Source: Candidatus Latescibacterota bacterium (lineage in GTDB: Bacteria; Latescibacterota; UBA2968; UBA8231). Taken from it: a stretch of 64,000 bases of DNA. The notes under the pieces were generated by a model. It saw only the letters and a program-made list of their open reading frames with translations. It was not told the DNA's origin and ran no database searches. Position 1 is the stretch's first letter; every line of letters begins with the position of its first letter. Below are positions 20,288-29,314 of this stretch, one piece after another. Made by a program: the position numbers and the translations under genes. The stretch covers positions 1,056,001-1,120,000 of the forward strand of contig OY730476.1 of NCBI GenBank assembly GCA_963422735.1, written 5' to 3'.

Positions 20288-21547
20288 ATGCCCCTGCCCC
20301 GCATGTTCCGCGTCCGCCAGCTTTTTTCCGCGCCCACGGTCGAGGACATCCCCGCAGCTATGCGCGCCGAGGTCCAGCGCCTCGACTTAGGCCCCAAAAT
20401 CAATCCCGGCGGGACTATCGCCATCTCCGTCGGCAGCCGCGGTATTGCCAACATCGCGCTCGTAATCAAAAGCCTCGTAGCCGAGTTCAAGGCCCTCGGC
20501 CTCCAGCCCTTCCTCGTCCCCGCCATGGGCAGCCACGGCGGCGGCATCGCCGAGGCCCAACAGGCCATTATCGAAGGCTACGGCGTTACCGAAGAGTACG
20601 CTGGCGCACCCATTAAGTCGTCCATGGAGACCGTACAGGTGGGCGCAACCGAGGATGGCGTCCCGGTCTTTTTCGACCAATACGCATTCGAAGCCGACCA
20701 CGTAGCCGTCGTTGGCCGCGTCAAGCCGCACACTGACTTTGTCGGCGAAATCGAGAGCGGCCTGCACAAGATGATGCTCATCGGCTTGGGCAAGCACAAA
20801 GGCGCGGCCCTGTACCACCAAGCCATTGTCCACTACAGCTTCGACCGCATCGTCCGCTCAGTCGGCCAAACCGTCATCGACCAATGCGGTGTGCTCATGG
20901 GGCTGGCCTTAGTCGAAAACCAGTACGATCAAACCGCGCTCATCAAGGGCGTGGGAGCCGACGAGTTCGTGGAGCGCGAAAAGGAATTGCTAGTCCTCGC
21001 CAAGCAATGGATGCCGCGCCTTCCCTTCGACGAAGTCGATCTGCTCATCGTCGATGCGATCGGCAAAAACATCTCCGGTGCCGGCATGGACACCAACGTC
21101 GTCGGCCGCAAATTCCACGACAACCACGCCGCCGACAAGGAGTACCCCAAAGTAACCCGCATCCTGGTCCGCGGCCTGACCGAGGAGACCCACGGCAACG
21201 CCTCCGGCATCGGCACTGCCGAATACGCCCACAAGCGCGCCATCGAGCAGATGGACCGCGAGATTACCTACATCAACTGCATGACCGGCAACCACCCATC
21301 GGGCGCACACATCCCGCTCTACTTCGACACGGACCGCATCTGCATTGAAAAGGCCCTAGAGACCGTCGGCCTAGTCGAGCCTGAAAACGCCAAGATCCTG
21401 CGCATCCACAACACCCTAGAATTAGGCGAGATCCTCGTCTCAGAAGCCTATCGGCCCGAAATCGAACAGCGCGAGGACTTGGAAATCATCGCCGAGGCCG
21501 AGGAAATGGGCTTTGACGAAAACGGCGATTTGCCGCTTGCGTTTTAG
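20288..21547 (+). CDS. LarA N-terminal-like (DUF2088/DUF362-type) protein
   Basis: VGSRGIANI, VPAMGSHGGG, RVKPHTDF, ESGLHKM, GKNISGAGMDTNVVGR; AGGAGG RBS. Confidence 0.8.
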   Translation: MPLPRMFRVRQLFSAPTVEDIPAAMRAEVQRLDLGPKINPGGTIAISVGSRGIANIALVIKSLVAEFKALGLQPFLVPAMGSHGGGIAEAQQAIIEGYGVTEEYAGAPIKSSMETVQVGATEDGVPVFFDQYAFEADHVAVVGRVKPHTDFVGEIESGLHKMMLIGLGKHKGAALYHQAIVHYSFDRIVRSVGQTVIDQCGVLMGLALVENQYDQTALIKGVGADEFVEREKELLVLAKQWMPRLPFDEVDLLIVDAIGKNISGAGMDTNVVGRKFHDNHAADKEYPKVTRILVRGLTEETHGNASGIGTAEYAHKRAIEQMDREITYINCMTGNHPSGAHIPLYFDTDRICIEKALETVGLVEPENAKILRIHNTLELGEILVSEAYRPEIEQREDLEIIAEAEEMGFDENGDLPLAF

Positions 21548-21550
21548 CAG

Positions 21551-22459
21551 ATGACCAAAAAACCGCGGGGCGTGTCCCCTATTTTCTTAGACGAAAATTC
21601 GCAACATTCAGCGACCGCGGGTCATACGCGCCGCCGCATTGTTTTTGGCTGGTACGGTGGGAAATTCTCTCATCTCGACTGGCTGTTACCCCTGCTGCCG
21701 GAGTGTCATCATTACTGCGAGCCTTTTGCCGGTTCTGGGGCCGTGCTCATCAACCGAGCACCCGCTCCTGTCGAGACCTATAACGATCTTGACGGTGAGG
21801 TGGTACACTTCTTTCGGGTGTTGCGCGACCAGCACCAAGCACTGATCCGCGCTATCGCCCTGACGCCGTTCTCGCGCGAGGAATACTACTACGCCATCTA
21901 CGGCAGCACCGAGGACATCAGCGACTTAGAACGCGCCCGACGTTTCTATATTAAAGCGCGGCAGACTCGCACCGGGCTAGCACAAACGGCCTCCCTTGGT
22001 CGCTGGGCCAACTGCAAGAATACGAGCCGGGCTGGTATGTCTGGCGTGGTCTCTCGCTGGTTGGGGGGTGTAGATGCACTCGACGAGATTGCACAGCGTC
22101 TGATCCGAGTTCAGATTGAAAACCGACCCGCTGTGGATGTGATTCAACTCTACGACAGCCGCAAAACCTTGTTCTACTGTGACCCTCCCTACTTACACGC
22201 CACTCGTGGCGACGCCAAAGCATACAAGTTTGAAATGGACGAAGCCGAGCACCGCATGTTGGCAAAAGTCGTCAATGAGTGCGAGGGCAACGTGGCCGTG
22301 TCTGGCTACCATCACCCCTTGATGGACAAGTTGTTCCCGCCCGATCGCTGGTTCAAGACACAAGGACCGGACAAGACCATCCATTCCACCAAGGACAGCC
22401 GGCGCGAAGTGTTGTGGACAAACTACGAGCCGGAAGTACAAAAAGAGCTGTTTGAATGA
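21551..22459 (+). CDS. Dam/D12-class DNA adenine methyltransferase
   Basis: WYGGK, EPFAGSGAV, YNDLD, YCDPPY, EVLWTNY. Confidence 0.92.
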   Translation: MTKKPRGVSPIFLDENSQHSATAGHTRRRIVFGWYGGKFSHLDWLLPLLPECHHYCEPFAGSGAVLINRAPAPVETYNDLDGEVVHFFRVLRDQHQALIRAIALTPFSREEYYYAIYGSTEDISDLERARRFYIKARQTRTGLAQTASLGRWANCKNTSRAGMSGVVSRWLGGVDALDEIAQRLIRVQIENRPAVDVIQLYDSRKTLFYCDPPYLHATRGDAKAYKFEMDEAEHRMLAKVVNECEGNVAVSGYHHPLMDKLFPPDRWFKTQGPDKTIHSTKDSRREVLWTNYEPEVQKELFE

Positions 22460-23559
22460 CACCAGAGGACATTCTGCGTGGCATTTACGAGCGTGCTGAG
22501 GCGGTCCCCGACCTAGACATCAGGGAACGCGTTGCTTATGTCTGCCGATGCACGAGCAACCGCGCCGGGGTGTGCTTGCTTATGTCGTGCCTGCTGGGCA
22601 AGCTAGACAAGCCCAATGTCGATCCGCGCAAACCCTATACTGAAATTGGCGACCCGGACAGCTTTTCTGGACGCACCTACGATGAACAACATCTGGCCCC
22701 ATTCATCAATGAACACCGCTTGCCCGTCAATCAGACAACGGCCTTCCTCACGCCAGCACTGAGAAACATCGACCATCCACTGACCACGGACCGCGAGCTT
22801 GTTGGCAGACCGCGTGACCTGTATAAAAAGATCCTTGAACTACTCGAAGATGTGGCCGAACAGCGAGTAGCCGCTGATGTGCTATTTGTCGAAATCGTCC
22901 GCCTCTTGCTTCAGATGCGCGATGAGAAACTGGCCCGCATAGATTCACTACTCAAGGGATTGGAACAAACCGAAGGGGCCTTGCCCCTATCATCAGAGGC
23001 CATCGTTACCCTGCTCAAGCAGCACTTATCGTGCAAACATGCAAGCCGCTTGCCGGTCCTCGTCGTAGCGGCGGCCTATCAGGCAGCCGGAACGCGGCTT
23101 GCCGAACGCATATTGCCGCTAAACCCACACAATGCCGCCGATCTGCAAACCGGCTCATTAGGGGATGTGGAAATTTGCCTCGTTGGAGAAGATTCTGTTG
23201 TAGCGGCTTATGAAATGAAGGCGAAGAGAGTCGATTACACTGACATCGACGCGGCACTAGCCAAGATCCTCGGAGCACCGCATAGGATTGACAATTATCT
23301 ATTCGTCACCACGGCTGAAATCGATCCGAGGGTAGCCGAATACGCAGCCGGATTTTACGAACAGACCGATGGAGTCGAGATTGCGATTTTGGAATGCATT
23401 GGGTTTCTGCGGCACTTCTTGCATCTGTTCCACCGCATCCGCGCCGACTATTTGAACGCCTACCAAGAATTGGTTTTGAACGAGCCGGATTCAGCCGTAA
23501 GTCAAACACTCAAGGAGGCTTTCCTAGCCCTGCGCCAAGCGGCTGAAAGCGATGAGTAA
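22456..23559 (+). CDS. Putative type II restriction endonuclease (PD-(D/E)XK)
   Basis: ATGA-coupled to the MTase; AAD...GDVE...YEMK nuclease-like motif; FSGRTYDE. Confidence 0.7.
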   Translation: MTPEDILRGIYERAEAVPDLDIRERVAYVCRCTSNRAGVCLLMSCLLGKLDKPNVDPRKPYTEIGDPDSFSGRTYDEQHLAPFINEHRLPVNQTTAFLTPALRNIDHPLTTDRELVGRPRDLYKKILELLEDVAEQRVAADVLFVEIVRLLLQMRDEKLARIDSLLKGLEQTEGALPLSSEAIVTLLKQHLSCKHASRLPVLVVAAAYQAAGTRLAERILPLNPHNAADLQTGSLGDVEICLVGEDSVVAAYEMKAKRVDYTDIDAALAKILGAPHRIDNYLFVTTAEIDPRVAEYAAGFYEQTDGVEIAILECIGFLRHFLHLFHRIRADYLNAYQELVLNEPDSAVSQTLKEAFLALRQAAESDE

Positions 23560-23567
23560 TAAATGAT

Positions 23568-23594
23568 TTAGTAAACCACCGCTGCGTACGCTAT
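23568..23594. repeat. 27-bp direct repeat of the FlgD-type gene 3' end at 24964-24990
   Basis: ttagtaaaccaccgctgcgtacgctat versus ttagtaaaccaccgctacgcacgccat (24/27 identical). Confidence 0.75.
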
Positions 23595-23613
23595 TGGATA
23601 AATAAAAAATAAA

Positions 23614-24468
23614 ATGGATAACAACGTCCAAGACTATTTATTCGACCTCCAAGGTTATTTGGTCTTAAAAAATGCAATCTCGGCCGCAGATTTGCGCGAG
23701 ATGAACCAGTGGATAGACGACCACGCATCGTATGTAGAAGATCCGTGGTCAACAGAGGGTGATTCGAATAGAAAAAGTCGCTGGATTGGTAATGTAGAAA
23801 CGCACACCTACCATGAAGAAAATGGCGTCAACTTCCAAAGTATCATCGAGGGTGGCCCTGTTTTTGAGCGATTGATAGATCATCCGGCTTGGATCGACTT
23901 GGTCAAGAAGTACATTCACTCCTCAGTAAATGGCCTTTCCATTCACGAGAACTTTCTCAACGTCCGCGGTCCGGGTGGTTACATCCACATTCACTGCGGT
24001 GGACATGTTCCGCTCAGTTATTTGACGTTTCGCCAGAATAACACCGGCGAGTGGATGGTCGGGCAGATTAACGTATTGATGGCCCTCAACGACATCGGCG
24101 AGGGCGAGGGCCCGCCGGTACTAATTCCGGGCAGCCACAAGTGTAGCGAAATTCACCCTCGGCTGGAGGTGGACGGCCAGGGCTTGGTTTACGATGGTGT
24201 GAGCGGCAAGCCCGCCGGGACAGCCATCGCTGTGCAGGAAATGTATCTGAAGGCAGGGGATGTTTTGTTATTCACCGATGCGATAACACACGGCTCTGCG
24301 GAACGCACCAATCCCGGTTGTCGGCGGACGGTTGTTTATCGCTATTCCCCAAGATATGTGCGCGAGCGATTTAACTATCAAATTTCAGAGGGACTGTTAC
24401 AACGTTTGACCCCAGAAAGACGGGCCATTATTGAGCCCATCGTACCGCGGCAGCCGCCATCCGCATAG
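23614..24468 (+). CDS. PhyH-family dioxygenase
   Basis: YLFDLQGYLVLKN, IHCGGH, INVLMALND, IPGSHK, KAGD...THGS. Confidence 0.88.
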   Translation: MDNNVQDYLFDLQGYLVLKNAISAADLREMNQWIDDHASYVEDPWSTEGDSNRKSRWIGNVETHTYHEENGVNFQSIIEGGPVFERLIDHPAWIDLVKKYIHSSVNGLSIHENFLNVRGPGGYIHIHCGGHVPLSYLTFRQNNTGEWMVGQINVLMALNDIGEGEGPPVLIPGSHKCSEIHPRLEVDGQGLVYDGVSGKPAGTAIAVQEMYLKAGDVLLFTDAITHGSAERTNPGCRRTVVYRYSPRYVRERFNYQISEGLLQRLTPERRAIIEPIVPRQPPSA

Positions 24469-24492
24469 CGTTCAAGAATAGAGGCTACATCG

Positions 24493-24948
24493 GTGAGATA
24501 TGGAATCAGTGCCGCGGCATTGATCGTCCAGCACAAGCGCCTGCTGTTGGTCAATCACAAAAAGAGCGGGCAGTACGATTTTTGGTTGCCACCGGGGGGA
24601 AAATTACAGGGGGACGAATCGATCTTTGATTGTGCGCGACGGGAAGCGATGGAAGAAACGGGCTTATCCGTTGAGTTAGATCGCATCATCTATATCGTCG
24701 AATACGCCGAACCGGACTATCACTTCTGCAAATTTTTCATTCGCTGTAAAAGGTTCGCCGGAACCCTCACGCTTGCCAATAGAGAACCGGAAGAGACTTT
24801 TCTCGTCAATGCGCGTTTCTTTGCCAAAGCGGATCTGCAAGGCCTCAAGGTACATCCCGCAATTTTGCAAGCTCATTTTTGGGACGACCTTGAGGCCGGA
24901 TTCCCAGAAACGCGGTACTTGGGGCTGGAAGAAATAGGGACGCACTGA
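24493..24948 (+). CDS. NUDIX hydrolase
   Basis: Nudix box PGGKLQGDESIFDCARREAMEETGL. Confidence 0.93.
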   Translation: MRYGISAAALIVQHKRLLLVNHKKSGQYDFWLPPGGKLQGDESIFDCARREAMEETGLSVELDRIIYIVEYAEPDYHFCKFFIRCKRFAGTLTLANREPEETFLVNARFFAKADLQGLKVHPAILQAHFWDDLEAGFPETRYLGLEEIGTH

Positions 24949-24963
24949 GACCGAATCCGCCAA

Positions 24964-25330
24964 TTAGTAAACCACCGCTACGCACGCCATCCGCTCCTCG
25001 CGCGGCCGATCTGTTTCCACCGCCACCCGGACCAGATACAAACCCGGTCCGACCAACCGGCCCGATTGATCGCGGCCATTCCATAGCACCGCATGGCGAC
25101 CGACCTCCCGCTTGGACCGGCTCGCTATAAGCAACGGCCGCGCAAATCGAACACTGCCACTTCGGGCGCGTCCAACGAGCAGCGTATAGCCGATCCGCAC
25201 CTCGTCGTTCACCGCGTCTCCCTGCGGCGTAAAGGCAACCGGCTCTACCTCCATTGCGGCCAACATCGACCCTTGCGCTGCGGTCCCTTGCAAGGGGGGC
25301 ATCTCTGCCGCGACTTCAACAGATGTTCTT
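24964..25330 (-). pseudogene. C-terminal remnant of a FlgD-Ig/CTD-bearing secreted protein
   Basis: FTPQGDAVNDEV...WNGRDQSGRLVGPGLY...VAVVY*, homologous to the tails of 43719-46043, 58305-60650 and 60655-62676; no convincing upstream body. Confidence 0.7.
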
Positions 25331-25501
25331 AGCAATCCTATTGGGGCCAAGCGGCACCACAAGCCCATACCCTTGCCTCCGGCCAATCGACGCTGCTCAT
25401 GCCAAACGCAGCTATATGCGAGGCCCAGGCACTGGACAAGAACCGGCGGCCCGGTTTCTTTATTCGCAAGCAATATGCACCTAACCCACAGAGCCTCGAT
25501 T

Positions 25502-26596
25502 ATGACCACCGAATACATCGGCATGACCCGCGATGCCATCGACACCCCCGTCCTCTTGGTCGATCTCGACGCGCTCGAATACAATATCGCCCGGCTCGCC
25601 AAACACTTCTGTACGGCAGGCAAAAACCTCCGGCCGCACATCAAGTCGCACAAAACCCCGGCCATCGCCCATCTCCAGCTCTCAGCCGGCGCACAGGGGA
25701 TCACCTGCGCCAAGGTCGGGGAGGCCGAGGTCATGGCCGACGCCGGCATCCAAGACATCCTCATTGCCAACGAAGTCGTCGGCCGTCGCAAGATCGAGCA
25801 CCTCATGGCGCTGGCCGCTCGTTGCGACATTATGGTCGCAGTCGATAACCCGCAAAACCTCACCGAACTCAACGAGGCCGCCCACGCCTACAAGGTCTGC
25901 CCCCGCGTACTCGTGGAGGTCAACATCGGCCACAATCGTTGCGGCGTCGTACCCGCCGCAGTCGTCGATCTCGCCCGCGCAGCCTCCCAAGCACCGCACC
26001 TCCACTTCTGCGGCCTGATGGGCTACGAAGGCCACGTCATTGACCTCGAAGACAAGGAAGCCCGCGACGACGGTGCCCGCACCTGCCTTCAGCGCCTCGT
26101 CGATGCCCGCGACGATGTGGAGCGCGCCGACCTCGACTGCCCGATTTGCAGCGCCTCGGGCACGGGCGATTACTACATCAGCACCTCCTTCGACGGCATC
26201 ACGGAGGTCCAAGCTGGCTCGTACGCACTGATGGACGCGGCGTACGCCAAGCTGGGCTTGGGTTTCAAAAATGCCCTCAGTGTACTAACCACCGTTACCA
26301 GCCGCCCCGCGCCCGAGAAGGTCATCACCGACGCCGGCCTAAAGAGCCTGACGCCCGAGCACGGCTTCCCCCTCGTCAGGGGCCGCCCCGACTTGGAATG
26401 CCACGCCCTCTCCGAAGAGCACGGTCGCCTCAAGACCCTAGCTGGCCCTTGCACTGACCTCCACCCCGGCGACCTACTCGAATTTATCCCTGGCCACGGC
26501 TGCACCACCGTCAATCTCCACGACCACCTCTACGCGCTGCGCGCAGGTCGCTTAGAGACGATTTGGGAAATCGCCGGCCGCGGCAAAGTCCGCTGA
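25502..26596 (+). CDS. DSD1/D-threonine aldolase-like PLP enzyme (alanine racemase fold)
   Basis: DTPVLLVD, LRPHIKSHK, GLMGYEGH, DAGLKS, LSEEHG, PGHGCTTVNLHD. Confidence 0.92.
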   Translation: MTTEYIGMTRDAIDTPVLLVDLDALEYNIARLAKHFCTAGKNLRPHIKSHKTPAIAHLQLSAGAQGITCAKVGEAEVMADAGIQDILIANEVVGRRKIEHLMALAARCDIMVAVDNPQNLTELNEAAHAYKVCPRVLVEVNIGHNRCGVVPAAVVDLARAASQAPHLHFCGLMGYEGHVIDLEDKEARDDGARTCLQRLVDARDDVERADLDCPICSASGTGDYYISTSFDGITEVQAGSYALMDAAYAKLGLGFKNALSVLTTVTSRPAPEKVITDAGLKSLTPEHGFPLVRGRPDLECHALSEEHGRLKTLAGPCTDLHPGDLLEFIPGHGCTTVNLHDHLYALRAGRLETIWEIAGRGKVR

Positions 26597-26599
26597 CCA

Positions 26600-26833
26600 C
26601 CAAAAAAGTCGTCTATCGTCGGCACCGGCCGCCGCAGGTGCTGAGCATACCGCCTCGGCAATGGCCATGACCGTGTTTGGGGCCAGATGTATCAAACCGG
26701 GCGCGGTCGAAGCCGGCTGACGCCGCCGGCGACCGCGGCGGTCTTGGTAGATGTCTTCTACGTGCATCCCGGCCAGCCCATCAAAGACGGTGTACTGGCT
26801 GCTCAACACATGCTCAAAGGATATGTCGCTCAT
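26600..26833 (-). pseudogene. Remnant of a two-component-regulator propeller (Reg_prop) protein
   Basis: YTVFDGLAGMHVEDIYQDRRG and LAPNTVMAIAE repeats, collapsed by deletions. Confidence 0.55.
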
Positions 26834-26982
26834 ATTCGTCCTTCCGGCGCTTGGGAGATCCGACCCAACGGCACGACATCCTTTATCCCTAAGATACGAC
26901 CGCTGATGCCCTAAATCTGATCGTAGGCTAGGGTTGCCTCAAGTTGAATTCTACCAGACAAATATGCTTCTTTATATACCCT

Positions 26983-27912
26983 ATGCAGCCCATTTCTTCT
27001 CCAGCCTCGCCCCTCTTCCCCGGCTTTGCCGAATACCGCCTCGCCCTCGCCGACCAAGTCGAAATGGCGTATCTCGACAATGGCTACGGCGGGGACCACC
27101 CCCCTTTGGTGCTGCTGCACGGCATTTTTGACAACAAGGCCACGTGGTTCCGCTTGGCTACACGCCTGCCCGGCCACCGCATCATTGCACCCGACTTGAT
27201 CGGCCACGGGCACAGCAGCAAGCCGACTTTTGCCGCACATCCGGCGCACGAGCGCTACTCGCCAGACATGCAGGTTGGCTACCTTGCGGCCTTTATCGCC
27301 GCGCTGGACTTGGATAACGTAATCCTCTTGGGTAACTCGCTCGGCGGAGGCTTGGCCCTGCGCCTGTACCTCGACTTTCCCGCGCTCGCGGCCAAAGTGC
27401 GTGGGCTGGTGCTCATTGACGCAGCCAGCTACCCACACAAGCTCCCCATGCACGTGCGCACCCTCGGCAGCTATCCGGGCAAGCTGCTGAGCCACGCCCT
27501 GCTCCACACCTTGGCCCGCGCATCCGGTCTGTTGCGCTTGTCCGCTTGGCGTACCTTCCGGCGCTGCTTCCACGACCGCGGCAAAATCCCCCCTGAACTC
27601 TCAACGGCCGCCCGCGCCGCACTCGCAACGCCCAACGCTGCGTATGCCTACCATTACTCAGCGCGGAACCTCGTACCGCCCGACGTAGCAACGTTCCACC
27701 AGCGCTTTGGCGACATCACCTGCCCAGCCTTGGTCTTTTGGGGGCAAAAGGACCGCATTCTACCGGTGCGCTCGGCCCAGCGCTTCGCAGCCGCACTGCC
27801 CCGCGCCGACCTACACATCTTCCCCAATTGCGGACACGCACCCCACCTCGAATACCCCGACGAGACGGCCGACTGCATCGAACGATGGACAAAAAAGTAC
27901 GCGATTTTTTAA
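26983..27912 (+). CDS. Alpha/beta fold hydrolase
   Basis: LLHG, DLIGHGHS, GNSLGG nucleophile, WGQKD, CGHAPHLE. Confidence 0.92.
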   Translation: MQPISSPASPLFPGFAEYRLALADQVEMAYLDNGYGGDHPPLVLLHGIFDNKATWFRLATRLPGHRIIAPDLIGHGHSSKPTFAAHPAHERYSPDMQVGYLAAFIAALDLDNVILLGNSLGGGLALRLYLDFPALAAKVRGLVLIDAASYPHKLPMHVRTLGSYPGKLLSHALLHTLARASGLLRLSAWRTFRRCFHDRGKIPPELSTAARAALATPNAAYAYHYSARNLVPPDVATFHQRFGDITCPALVFWGQKDRILPVRSAQRFAAALPRADLHIFPNCGHAPHLEYPDETADCIERWTKKYAIF

Positions 27913-28027
27913 CTATTTGTTTTTACAGAACTAAAGAAAATTCACCCGCGCCTCATAAACATAGCTGCAACTATTATCCAGCACCGGCGTCTAAGCTAAA
28001 CGAGACCTGTTGACAAGGAGCGACAAC

Positions 28028-28234
28028 ATGCCACTGTACCGCCACGTAGAAGCCTCGGGCTCACCAGACGAGGTCACTGTAATCGAGGATCGGGGAATGC
28101 TCGTGCGCAACCAGCCCAGTTTCGAGTTTATCGACCCGCATACCATCAAGGCCCACCCTCTCATCGTCGAAGCCCTAATCATTGACGCCGAGCGATTGTG
28201 GACCCTCGAAGAAGTACTCGCCGGCGTAGAGTGA
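28028..28234 (+). CDS. Small hypothetical protein
   Basis: AAGGAG RBS before ATG 28028; codon usage looks host-like. Confidence 0.5.
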   Translation: MPLYRHVEASGSPDEVTVIEDRGMLVRNQPSFEFIDPHTIKAHPLIVEALIIDAERLWTLEEVLAGVE

Positions 28235-28435
28235 CGCGCCATTTTCCCCCGCGGCGCGTCACTCAAGTCAGGGCAACAACGCAAAAACACCTACTAGACT
28301 AATCCCCCGTTCTTTTCCCCCTCCGGCTCAATCAGCAAAAACCAGCCTCCCCTAGTCCGCCCGCGCTATCCCGCCCTTGACAAAAGGCGAATAGTGCTGG
28401 TACATCTAAATTCCTCCCCAACGAAGGATAGTATC

Positions 28436-29046
28436 GTGGACGGCACGTTCATCTATTGGGACAATTCCAACATTTTTCACGAGGCACAGCGTTTTGCCGA
28501 GGACCGCAACGAGGGTGCCGACGCCCGTTACCGCGTGTGCATCCATTTTGAAAACATGCTGCGCCTAGCGCATGCCGATCGCTCGCTAAAAAAGCACTAG
28601 CTGCCGGTTCCGTGCCGCCGGAGCTACGCCAGTTGTGGAACCGGATGGAAAACAAAGGCGTGGAGGTGAAACTATTCGACCGCGGCGAACAGGACATGCC
28701 TGACCGCGTACTGCAACTCAGGATGCTGGAGGATGCCCTCGATTTCAACGGCAACCCCGGCATCGTCGTATTGCTGACCGGGGACGGCGCTGGCTATGAG
28801 GAAGGCGCGGGTTTTCACAGCACCCTAGAGAGAATGCACAAACGCGGGTGGCGGGTAGAAATCCTATCTTGGGCGCATTCCTGTAATCAGCGGATGCGTC
28901 TATGGGCCAAAGAAAACGGCGTTTTCGTTGCGCTAGACGAATTTTACAACGCGATCACCTTTGTGGAGCCGTCCCAGCCGGGGCGCGAATTCGCGCCCTC
29001 ACGCGCCTCGGCCCCCTTGGACCTATCGCGCCGCTTGATGGCTTAA
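28436..29046 (+). pseudogene. NYN-domain (LabA/PIN-like) protein, frameshifted
   Basis: YWDNSNIF in one frame; GSVPP, LLTGDG..., GWRVEILSW in the next; break near 28590-28600. Confidence 0.75.
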
Positions 29047-29089
29047 GCGGCGTCCCGCGGCTCTTGGCATATTACACCCACGAGGCCCC

Positions 29090-29305
29090 ATGAGTTCACC
29101 TACGTTGCGCTTTGAGTGCTCCAAATGCCATCACACCGCCTGCGAGACCGGCGAAATCCGTACCTCCGGTGGGTTTTGGTCCAAGATATTCGACGTGCAA
29201 AACCGCAAGCTGACAACCGTAACCTGCGAGCAGTGCCGCTACACCGAATTCTACGCAGCCGACAGCTCGCGCCTCGGCCACATCTTCGATCTCTTCACAG
29301 GCTAG
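29090..29305 (+). CDS. Small zinc-ribbon protein (DUF2082-like)
   Basis: CSKC...SKIFDVQN...VTCEQCRYTEFY. Confidence 0.85.
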   Translation: MSSPTLRFECSKCHHTACETGEIRTSGGFWSKIFDVQNRKLTTVTCEQCRYTEFYAADSSRLGHIFDLFTG

Positions 29306-29314
29306 CGCTAGCGG

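Noticed and set aside
23568-24990. DGR template/variable repeat pair
   Set aside because: The repeat is only 27 bp, not all mismatches are at adenines on one strand, and there is no RT or Avd gene.
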